Assembly: GCA_964057225.1 (NCBI GenBank)
Contig: OZ059898.1
Coordinates: 16,492,001-16,556,000 of the forward strand
Length of the DNA: 64,000 nucleotides
Source: Auanema rhodensis
Taxonomy: Eukaryota > Animalia > Nematoda
Direction of reading: 5' to 3'
Shown here piece after piece: positions 1-10,855 of this stretch (the first letter of the stretch is position 1; every line of letters starts with the position of its first letter). The notes beneath the pieces were generated by a model that had not been told where the DNA came from, did no database searches, and saw nothing but the letters and a program-made list of their open reading frames with translations. Both the position numbers and the translations under genes were made by a program.

Positions 1-405
1 TTTTTTTCTACCTTGTTTACCTATGTTGAAGAGTCATTTTTTAGCACCAATGCACGTTATTGCTCAAGTAATATGTTTCTGATTTAATCAACTTATGCTC
101 CTATCTTTTTTATGTTTTTTTATTTATGTTAAATTAAATATAATATGTGGATTTAATAATAACTTACTAATAGAAACAACATATTTTTTTTAGAAATAAG
201 TCCAAAACTTTTTATTCCCACAGGTTGAAATTTGATATAGAAATCTTGAAGACTTTGTTGGTGAAACTGTCGGAAAGTATCGGATTTATGTATTGAGCTT
301 AGATTGAATACTTTCTAACTTGAATGAATTTCTTTGCTTTTCTTCCTCTCAGGTTGATATCGTTGTCGTTTTTGATGTTTTCTTCCAAGTTAAAGCATGT
401 ATTTT

Positions 406-412
406 TTTTCAG
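406..412 (+). promoter_or_regulatory. Candidate SL trans-splice (or 5'UTR intron) acceptor TTTTCAG upstream of the LHFPL6-like gene
   Basis: Perfect nematode acceptor consensus TTTTCAG ending 20 nt before the ATG at 433, preceded by T-rich sequence. Confidence 0.45.
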
Positions 413-432
413 ACCTATTATCGAATTTTGAG

Positions 433-1336
433 ATGGGTGGACTGAATCCTCTTGGGCTTTTTTGGGCTCTAATTTCTGCGATTGCAACTATTTTAATAAG
501 TTATTTTTAATAATCTTTGTAAACTATATATTAATTGTTTCAGTAGGAGGGGTTCTTACCCCCGAATGGCTTATAGGAGAGGTGTCTGCGGATGGAAAAA
601 CTTTGAAAGCGTTTTTTGGTTCTTATAAACGTTGCAACTACCCAGTTTTAGACAAAGTAGTTATTAAGTTACAATAATTTAAATAGTTTACCTCAATATA
701 CAAAAATCAAGGAATCAAACCGCATTGCCCTTGCTGCAGCTTGTGGTCGCTATGAATCATTTACTGCAGTTCCCTCATATTATTGGAAACTTGCAATTTT
801 ATGTGCAGCCTCAGGTAGATAGAAACTAATATTTTTACAGCATAAAAACAATCTTTCAGGTTCATCCCTCTCATTACTTTTGTGTCTCTTGCTACTTCCA
901 TCAATGTGCATACAAGATATTGTGAGTAGTTCAACAGCTCTAGTGGTGGGATGCTTCCAGATCATAGCATGTAATTGAGCGTTTTTCATCATTGTATTAG
1001 AAGTTTTGTTTAAGCCATATTTTTGTCTGCAGCCCTAGTGTTGTATCCACTTGGTTGGGACAATCCAGAAGTTAAGGATGCATGTGGAGAGACAGCTGAT
1101 CGTTTTGCTTTAGGTTAGTTGGCTTAAAAAAAAAAAATAATTTTAAAATACTGTTATTAGGGCGGTGTGAACTGGGCAGATCATTTATAAGCATGGTTGT
1201 TGGAACTTCGATGCTGATTTTTTGCTCTCTGCTCTCAATATGTGGAGGGAAAAAACGTGAATTAAGACTCGATCTGCATTCAGATGGTATGCTCATTCAA
1301 GGATTCGATAATACACGATTAGATTTTGCCAAATAA
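433..1336 (+). CDS. LHFPL6: LHFPL tetraspan family protein (LHFPL6/LHFP-like), 6 exons, ~222 aa
   Basis: Manual splice: join(433..499,544..656,712..814,860..970,1015..1113,1161..1336) = 669 nt, all introns GT-AG and 44-55 nt. Translation MGGLNPLGLFWALISAIAT...PEWLIG...FGSYKRCNYPVLD...CGRYESFTAVPSYYW...YPLGWDNPEVKDACG...FALGRCELG carries the LHFP motifs (FGxxxRCxYP, CGRYxSF, YPxGWDxxEV...CG) and four hydrophobic segments. The acceptor at 711 (AAG) is weak. Confidence 0.9.
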
Positions 1337-2287
1337 TCTCATACTGTTTTTCATATATTTCTTTTATTTTGTTTTTCAAACGGAATTGTACGGGTCATGC
1401 TCTGTTTTGACTATCAATGCTTAGCATACAACACATTTATGCTTCCATTTGGTTCAAACTTATAAAGATTGAATTGCTTTCGCAGAATTAAAAAAAATAA
1501 ATGAATATTTTTTCCACATGTTGGCTCGTCTTTTAATCTTATCCTTTACTTTTCATCGAATCGATTACTCTCGTGGACCCACTTGCCACTTAATATTTTA
1601 TCGCAAATCTATAATTTTAAGTTGAAATCTTTTTTAATTTTTTTATTCAACAACGTTCTTAATTTGTGAAATTGACACAAAATATTTTATTTTAATAATC
1701 ATTTATTTTGAGTATAATGAAAGTTTTAATGAATATCATCCTGCTTGTTGTTATTAGGCTTGATATTTTTTGCAATATTGAATATACAGTCAAATAACAC
1801 CCTCAAATATATATATTCTTTGTTCGATCGTAAGCTATATTTTAGTAAGAAATTCTTAAGAATCTGATATCCTATATTCTTACTCCTTTAGTACTTTTTT
1901 CTTTTTTTATTGTTGTCATATACAGTCCTCATTGTGTTTTAAATTCACTCTTTTTCTACTTAAAGTACAAATTTTTTTAGCTTTAGTTACTTATCGATGA
2001 GCTCAATATTTCAAATAATTATCTACGGGAATCATTTTCATTATACTCTAGTTCGCTTTTATTACCAAGCATTTCATGATCGGTTCCAGGCAATGAAAAA
2101 GTGTCTTAACATTTCTTGACGTTCAAAAAAACCCAAATCTTTCATCCTTTTCAAAACATCTTTTATCGTAATGTGATATCTTCAATCACGTTGCGGTTGT
2201 TTAGCTATAACAAAGGAAAACTGTAAAGATCAATAGTTTGCTTAAAACTCAAAATTAGCCTTTGGCGCTGGTATCGTTTCGCTCACT

Positions 2288-2301
2288 CCCCCCCCCCCCC
2301 C
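2288..2301. repeat. C14 homopolymer (G14 on minus strand; G-quadruplex-capable)
   Basis: 14 consecutive C within a locally GC-rich patch (2260-2400) in otherwise AT-rich intergenic DNA. Confidence 0.85.
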
Positions 2302-4745
2302 ATCTAATCATCAGAGAGTTAACATTAGAGCGCGCGTATAACATTTTGGGCACGGACCACCTTCACATAAACTAGCGGGAGTGCCCTATCCCAAATAGCC
2401 TTTTGATTAATAAATTCGTAAGATATACTAGTGCTTTAAACTAGAGAAAATAACGAAAAATTTGACTTGATATACTATCTTTCCATAATATATAATTACA
2501 AACAACATATGCATAAAAGAAAAAATTGAACATATTCTATCAAGAACTAAGGACAATACTTGCTATGCCTCTTGTCTAGCTTGTTTTTGACAAACAAAAA
2601 ATAATACTTAAAAAGAACTAATGTAAATAAAATATTGAAAATTGTGAGTTAACGTTCGTCAAAATATCAACAAAATATAACACCTTTATTCCAATCTTTT
2701 TTTTTCATTGCCTCTCAAATATTTTCAGTCAATGAAAACTCGAGAATGTAAATCAAAGAAAGAATTATAAAGAAAAGTTGTTGGTTCAGCACGTGTTTTA
2801 TCAGACACAAACACAACAGTATAATGTTTTCATATGTTTCAAAATTTGATTATTTTCTTGTTTTTCTCTCTTGTCAATTGTCAAGACAACCATTACTGCT
2901 ATAATCCTCTCTATTACTTGTAGACACCTTATTTTCCTGTCAAATAAAACTATTTTCTAACCGTTATGGCAGAAATATTCTCTAGAGTTACAAAATACTA
3001 TTTTTGACGAGCTAATTCGCGTTTTTGAGGAACTTATATGTAGACATCTGCTATCATTGAGCTGAGACTTAAGAATTAGATAACAGTTGCTACACGAGAC
3101 TTACGTAAATTCCGCTTTTAAAACTACGAACCTTCGTCAACTGTGAACAATTGCTGCGATTTAATTTTTTCTTATACCTACTCAAGATTGTAATTTAGTT
3201 ATCGCTTTTTTCGTCTTTCAAGTCAAAATTCTATTTTCTTAAGAACCTTAAGATCAATCAGATAAAAATGATGAATTATGTTAGTCTTCGATAGGTAACA
3301 CAGCTACCTAGCTGGCATTTCTTCAAGGTTCATCTTGGCTTTAGCATTCTCATTTCCTCAATCGAGAATAATCGGCAACTTTCATTTTTTAGTTTTCAAC
3401 TTTAAAGTTTATAACCATTGATAGCTTGGCTTCGGAACTTCAACTTTTGTTTTAATGAAAAATATTAAATTATGTGAGCATTTACTATAAATCTTTACAA
3501 TTAGCTTTGCTCATGCTTTAATGAAGCAATAATTTATAAATTGCTGCTTACTAATCAAAAGATAAATTTTCAAGTAAGAAAGCTGTGCTGATCATATAAT
3601 TTACAACCTTCACTTCAGCGTGTGTCGGTAATTCTCTTTTTTTTTCTTTTTTCTTTTTTTTTCATTACTTGAGCTTGATGATTCGAACTGAACTTCACTT
3701 CTTCAAACCTAAAATACTTGATATCTAAGAAACACTTAAAAAATTTTTCTCTTATTTAGATATTTCACAGTTATTTATTAACAAATAAAGAGTAACATTT
3801 ACTTTGAAGAAATAATAATTAACAACTATGTTGAAGCAGAAAGCTTATTTGAGACTTAACCTGTTCTTTCTATCTCATCTTTTCACAACAAGATATTATC
3901 GGCGCCACTGCGAAATACAGTAATTAGTATTCTTTCATATATTTTCTTAAATCCTATCCTAGAAACGTCATAATTCATGAAAACATTTGTATATTCTCAA
4001 AGATACGTTTTCTTGCTTTCAATAATGTCATATCAGCATTTGCAAAATTGTAAATGAGACTTGAAAACACTGCGTTATCTGGTTGATGTAAAGTGAATAT
4101 TATCGCAACTACAAGAAAATAAAGATAGTAACTTTGCCTTTTATTTCTCAACGCAATAATGGACTCCAATAAAATGTTCTGTAACTCATGAGCATATTAT
4201 ATCATAAATATCAAAAGTGATAAACTTCATTGTACAACAAGATTAATACAACAAATGGGAGTTTCTTAATAGGTTTCTTCTATGATAAAGCGATATAATT
4301 ATATTTGTTAAAAAAGTTTATATTTCCGCTTTGATCTAATAGCTTTGACCTCTTAAAAAATATCTCCCTCTTGTTAATTTGATTGAACAAGCAACATGGA
4401 CATATTTCTAGAGTAGAACATAGCATTGAATAAAGACCGAATATTAAATGTTTTATAAAAGAGTTTGTGATATTTCAATAGATGCTTGTTTGTTTTATTA
4501 AAATAAGAAAAAGTTATGAAACGTGAATAAAAGCCGAAATGTTCGCTCTCTTTTTTTAATAATACTTCAAATAAATTTGTGATTTGCTTGCTCTATTCTC
4601 AATTTTGTCAATTTTTACATAGCAACAGTTTCCCTAAAATATTGTTTTAGAGAAAAATCAACGACATAGTTATTGCAAATAGCTTCGCTGGCAGATCCAA
4701 TTCCGATATCAAAGTAAATTGGTAGTGCCACCTACAATTCTCCAG

Positions 4746-5995
4746 ATGATGAATACAGGTATTATTTCAGAGAAGTTTAGTTTTCCAAAGTTTGCGTTTG
4801 AAATTAGCCACATGACCACAAATATCAAATAATCTTGAAGGCACTCATGCTTTTGAGTAATATAAACAGTATGCTTTAAATTTATCTAAGAATATTGATA
4901 AAGTAGTCAACTTTCGTTTCACGTTGTCATGGAAAATAGATAGAAATCCTCATTCGAGCAGTTTACGTGTATGAAAGGAAAATAAACAAAATATCCCATC
5001 TGCGTCTCTGGCTCAAATCTTCACTCTAATTGTCTGTCTCTGCTCGATTGGAAATTTGAATACACTGCTTCCACTATGATCCTCAGCTGTCACATAGATT
5101 TGATGTGTCATTCTCACCCCTAGCCTTTTCTTTTAAAATCAGCTCTTAAAATTTGAAATAATATTTTAAATTTATTCATAGTAATATATAGGTCATGTTT
5201 TAGTATATTAGGATTAATTAAATGTTTATTGTGTTCTTTTGACTGAAAATATTTTTAGAAGTTCCTCTAATATTATCGAAAGATCAGTCTTTGGGTGAGC
5301 CTGTCATTGTTCAAGTACCTTCATACCATAATATATCTGACAACGACGAAAACTCTCCTAAGAGTGACGAAGGTTATTACAGTCCAGTGCTAGGGTGAGT
5401 ATTTCATTGCTTTCTTTCTTTCTTAGCAGTTCTGACTTTTAATCGCATTTTATGTAAGTGTTTTACCCTGCTAACCATATGATGTGTAAGGATGAGGTGT
5501 ATACTTGTGAGAGAGAATTTCACAGCACAAATGTGTACTCAACTGATGCAACTCTCCAACTTAAATATCATAGGTTTCAAAATAAGAATTGACTACAGAA
5601 TATTTTTAGTTCTCGTTCGTTCAGACTCCTTCTAATTTCTAAATGTAATCGTTAAAATAATTGACTGATTGTCTTATTCTCTGCTTTAAGTTTATTGAAA
5701 GTTATCTTGGTTTCTTAAACATTTAGTTTTGTTTTGGTTCATCCATTTTTTTAAAATTTGTACAACATGAACATTTTGCAAATATTACACTTTTTCTAAC
5801 AATTTGGTTTAATGTTTCCTCCCATAGCGGTTCTTTGCACCCTCTGCTTGTTCAGTCTACAGTCCTTTTATAAGCTTCACGACTACAATAATCAAATTCA
5901 GAGACAACCATCTTTCTGCTTTATTACGCATTTCCAAAGACGTTTACAGTCATACGAAAGAAATGGCTAATGAAACTTCTCCTAAAAAATATCAG
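4746..5995 (+). CDS. Putative upstream exons of a long TTD14-like isoform
   Basis: join(4746..4758,5259..5394,5902..5995) splices in frame at GT-AG sites (strong GG|gtgagt donor at 5394, ttcag acceptor at 5901) giving MMNTEVPLILSKDQSLGEPVIVQVPSYHNISDNDENSPKSDEGYYSPVLGDNHLSALLRISKDVYSHTKE, continuing into [11 protein letters not shown]. No homology support is available to me. Confidence 0.5.
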
Positions 5996-7616
5996 GTACG
6001 AATATCTCTGCATAATTTTTCATTTCTGGTCATGTAGGTTTATAAAGTCGTTCTAACCGGTGGACCATGTGGAGGTAAAACAACTGGTATGGATAGACTA
6101 TTTTCATTTTTTGAAAACATGGGATGGAAAGTGTTTACTGTTCCGGAAACTGCTACTATTTTGTTGGGTTCAAAAGTTAAATTCTCTGAGCTGGATGAAA
6201 ACCAAGCTTATACATTCCAAAGAGATTTGTTGAAAACTATGCTCCAAATAGAAGAGGTAATGGTTTTTCCTTTTGTGAAAGACTTCACGATCTTTAGACC
6301 ATTTTCAATCAAGCTCACATGGTTAAAAATCGCAATGTTCTTGTTATTTGTGATCGTGGTGCTATGGATCCATCTGCTTATATGTCAAAAGAAGATTGGA
6401 ATAAACTGCTGGATGATTTGAAAATAGCTGAATTTGATTTAATAAATAATCGCTATAATCAGGTACTAAAAATCATGAAATCATCCTTTATGGTCTTATG
6501 TTAGATTATTCACATGGTTACTGCTGCAGATGGTGCTCATCAGTACTATACTGTAGCAAACAACACTTCTCGCTCTGAAGGTATTGCTGAAGCCAAAGCT
6601 GTTGATGAGAAGACAAGAAGGGTAACTCAGTACGTAAACTAGTTATTTTTATGTTTCTATAGGTTTGGTTGGGACACCCTTATTATGATATAGTTGATAA
6701 TACTGAGTGCTCAAAGTTTGAAGACAAAGTTCTGAAAGCTATTCAGGTAATCTTTTTGAAAAACTAAAGTTAAAATTATTTGATTAGGTAGTATGTGACC
6801 GAACTGGAGTTGATTCTCATGATAGATTAAGTAAGAACAGCAGGTATTTAAGTTTATTTTTTTAAAAATTTTGATCATTATGATATAGAAAGAGGAAATG
6901 GCTTGTTCATTCTATTGATGAGTCACAGTTTGTTAAGTTTGAAGAATACTTAATCAGGCATGATTATTTATTAGCGGACACTTCTTCTGTTCAGGTAATT
7001 CTTTATGATACGGTGGGTACATCTCTTTCTGCACTCAGGTTCGTATCCGTTCTCGTACCCAAATCAACCGTGGTACTAGTTATTCATTGACAACTCGCGT
7101 CTATCATGATGATACGAAGGAATGCATTGAAACCAGGTACATTTCAATATTTTCAGCTGGAATAATCACTCTGTTTTAGAATGCCTATTACATTCCGAGA
7201 ATATACTCGATATTTGGGTATGGTGGATAAAAGTCGTTCAGCTTTATATAAGAAAAGACGGATTTTTATGGTTGGGAGCCAGGTTTCATACTTTATAAAT
7301 TTGAATAATTTTATAATAAAAACTATTTAGTATTTCAATTTGGACATATACACCGACCCACTGCCTCCTGCGGCAGGAAATAAGCATTTAATGTTCTTAG
7401 AGACCTATACAACTCAACCAAAAGGAAATACTTTGCCAATACTTCCTTCATTTTTGAGTGTGGAGAAGGTATCACGATTGTATTTTTGAAATAGTACAAT
7501 TTGTTTAGGAAATCACCGGCGATTCGTCTTTTAGCATGTATTCCTTGGCGAAATTGCCGGGAGTCAAATGCGAACGGGATGAGTTCATTGGAGCTTCGTC
7601 CTTCAGAGATGACTAG
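5963..7616 (+). CDS. Ttd14: TRPL translocation defect 14-like protein (P-loop NTPase of the NadR/Ttd14 AAA_28 type plus CYTH-like C-terminal domain), 11 exons, ~408 aa
   Basis: join(5963..5995,6038..6256,6298..6462,6505..6621,6663..6746,6788..6843,6889..6994,7039..7136,7180..7282,7331..7468,7509..7616) = 1227 nt. Motifs [13 protein letters not shown] (Walker A), [55 protein letters not shown]...SMYSL. Confidence 0.92.
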
Positions 7617-8706
7617 CTTGTCTATTTGAGTATTTTCATGGGATTTCACTTTTTTCTTTCTGATCTACATATGTGATTAGCTTTTTTGTTTTCTAGATTT
7701 TTGTTTTTCGTAAATATTACTCGATTGTCTTCCTTCTTTGGTAATACCCATATCAAAAAGCATAAGCATTTTTTTTACGATTTCAAATGTATCCTTATCA
7801 AGGAGTATTTTGGTTATAATCTGCGTACATGTAATGCCTATTTGAAGTTGTTATAAATTTAAAAAAAAAATATTCATGTGCTATTCGCAATCATACAATG
7901 AACAATAGAAGAATGCAAAACTAGCAGTAGTTCTGTTTCAGATCATCCATAAAACCTAAATTAATAGACAATATATAAACTGAAATGGTTTGGTATAATT
8001 ATAGAATCACTATCTTTCAACCCAATATCAACCCAATTTCCCTAATTCCATAAGCACAAGAACGCAGGACAGTATGTTCTTTAACTATTGAAAATTCATG
8101 TTTTAATGCTATGTAATACAATTAACTGATTACAAACACGATTTAATAGTACTTGCTATCTTAACCGAAATTATAAGCTTCATTTTTAGTGGGGTATTTA
8201 AGTACAGTTATTATTAAGTATGATTAATAGTGTCACATGGCCATCTGAGTTTCATATGAATCCTTTTCATACGAATGGTGCTAATCTCTGCTACAATTCC
8301 CCCAGATATATTACATGAAACATGTCTGACTGAAATAATAATATGATTGCAAGATTTCATTTGATTATGTTTGTGTTCACAAAAAAAATGACCTGGTTAC
8401 TAACATCAGTATAAACTTACAATAAGTTATTTCAGATCTGAAGAACAGATTAGTAGAATACAGAGGAAATATTGAAGAAAAGTTGTGATAGAACATTCAT
8501 ATAAATTTAAGTCAAAAATGTTATCCCACTCTACCGAATCCAATAGAGACCAATGCTTGAAAGAACAAGAGTTTGCTTGGTACTATCGAGCACATTTTAA
8601 TATATATTTCATATAGAAGTGTATATCTAATTGAACATATTTGGAACTCATTAAACTGATTTCTACTTTACTTATTTTCTCGTTTATCAAAAATATATTT
8701 TTGGAT

Positions 8707-9803
8707 TTAAGTATTGATACATCTCACCGCTATTGGACGCGCATCGTGATCTATAATAATAGAAATTGTTGATTTTATTATCTTCTCTTTCCTGAGTTTT
8801 AGATAAGCCAAAAATGATTCGCATAGATTACAAAATTCAGATCCACAAATTTGAGATTTCATCTTCGAACATCCTGTTTCAAATCTAAATTTATAATAGC
8901 GAATGAATATAACTTTGTGAAATGTAAATTTTGCATGATATAACTTTGTTGTTGATAGATTGTCTTTCTCATGATACATTGTCTTGAATGGAATTAACAA
9001 ATCTTTCTGTACATCTAGTTCACCCTCTTCGATAACTGCGGAATTTTCCATTCTGATTCTTCAATCAAGATTTTCAAAGAGACTTTTTCTTTCACTGAGA
9101 ACTTTTCATTAGCTTCAACTATTTTCACTTTGTTTAGTACAAGATTTTCTGGGTTATTCTGTCAAGGCTCTGTGCTAGCTAGTATCTGTGTTTTCTGCAT
9201 ATCACATGAGACATTCAACCAATCTATCAATTATCTAACTAATTCTGATACACTGAGATAGCATTCATCAATTGACATGACAAGTAATCTGACACTTTGA
9301 ATCTCAAGAACAGATGTTGTAGAAGCCTTCTGACTATAGCTAGTCTTCTCTCATGAAACTTGATGGTGTTACAATTATCCTAAAACTTTCTACTGCGAAA
9401 AGCTTCAAGCTGGATTATCCGTAAGTGACGTGCTTCTTCTATGATCACAGTATTCAGCTGTTGGACCTGATTCTAGCTCAAGTTTGCTATGAATTATCTA
9501 TCATCAATGGTTGTTCTTATATCGTTCTTAGCAGGGGTGCGTCATCGCACAACTCCTCAATGTTTATTTATAAACTCATAGAAAACTGTTGATATCTTGC
9601 ATTCAGATGAATCCATATATCACTTCAGATCCGACTAGTGCTTCGGCCCAAATGTATATATTTGCTTTTCTCCCTGGCTTTGATCTGCGTTTATGTTCTG
9701 TTTCAACAAATCTAATTTATAGATAATATATTCACAAAACCAACGAACAATAGCACAAAAAAATATGATAAAAAGGCTCATCGCAGTATTCTCTTTCAAG
9801 CAT
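8707..9803 (-). pseudogene. Decayed gene-like or non-coding transcribed region
   Basis: Minus strand has a T-rich tract, a TTTCAG acceptor (9811-9816), ATG at 9803 (MLEREYCDEPFY...), several short coding-like frames broken by stops, and a 114-aa ORF (8707-9051). No recognisable domain. Confidence 0.3.
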
Positions 9804-10161
9804 CTTTTGACTGAAACAATTTAGCTTCAAAAAAAAATCAATTTCTAATCGATAACAAAAAAACAGAATAATCAAATGTACCGATAGAGAGAGAAAAAAC
9901 GGTCTTGATACTATATACTATGGAAAAACAGAGAAAAAAATAAATTGAAACCACTTCGATAAAATCAACAAAAAAACAGTACTCTAAAAGATAACGTTTA
10001 ACATTCGAACATTTTCTGCACATCTTTTCAATTTAAAAACAGAAAAAACAACTTTTAAACAATTAAATTAAAAGTTAGTTTTCTCACAACAGTCGAATAA
10101 CTTTTATGAACCATCTAGACGACAACCTAGACCTGAACAACGTAACATCCTTGCACCAACG

Positions 10162-10188
10162 TTTAGTTCAGGCTCAGCCAAAACAGAA
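10162..10188. other. Degenerate palindrome TTnnGTTnnGGCTnAGCCnnAACnnAA; candidate DNA-elimination break / telomere-addition motif
   Basis: tttagttcaGGCT-c-AGCCaaaacagaa: 9 of 13 symmetric positions are complementary. The centre AGGCT matches the nematode telomere repeat (TTAGGC)n. The palindrome is directly seen; the function is inferred. Confidence 0.5.
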
Positions 10189-10475
10189 ATCTTATGAAAA
10201 GGTATGAACATCAAATCTCACATATTAACAAGATACAATTCATAAACGTGAACATTTTGATTCTTTTGATTAATTATTGCAACACGACTATTACATTCGT
10301 TTTCAATAACACTATTTGTTTCTTATCGCAATGGTAGCGAGTTCACTCTCCAGTCTTTTGCCTTCTTTATCATTTTTATTTTATCTTAATAACCTTGTTT
10401 AAATTCCACATGTAAATTTCATTGAAAACATGATCTTTTTTATTACAACAAATTCAAGATGAATATTGCATTACC

Positions 10476-10855
10476 TGATGCATTAGTGTATGTTGAGTTT
10501 CCATGTACACTCAACATTGCTTCCAAAAACATTTTGACAAAAATTTTCCCAAAAAATTTCAAAATAATTTAGCAAAAAGTAGATGTTTTTAGATTCCGTT
10601 TTTCAAAGCAAAGACGATGGACAATGTTATTCAACGAAAAAAATAATTCTTCAGGGTGAAAATCGAGGATATAAGTGTGAACTTATATCAGTTGATATCT
10701 CGGTGCATTTTTGAGCTAGCGCAAATCTGATAACACAGATCGACGCAGCTTAAAAATCCGCAACGAATGCACTATACTACATTGAGAAACGCTTAATACA
10801 AAAATTAGTTATGATCGTTTGAAAAATGATGCATTAGTGTATGTTGAGTTTCCAT
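10476..10855. repeat. 351-bp unit bounded by a perfect 29-bp direct repeat (10476-10504 and 10827-10855)
   Basis: tgatgcattagtgtatgttgagtttccat occurs twice, 351 bp apart. The second copy is joined directly to the first satellite base. Internal 9-bp-stem inverted repeats at 10490-10517 and 10668-10689. Confidence 0.8.

Noticed and set aside
299-1296. Minus-strand ORFs 299-487, 780-992, 1072-1296 (and 7335-7649)
   Set aside because: Antisense to exons of the LHFPL6-like and TTD14-like genes.
3975-4169. 64-aa minus-strand ORF (and 9838-10023)
   Set aside because: Short, low-complexity, with no motif or splice support.
8885-9741. Two 29-nt GT...AG segments on the minus strand as introns rescuing a gene
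   Set aside because: Shorter than every confident intron here (40 nt or more), and removing them does not produce a continuous ORF.
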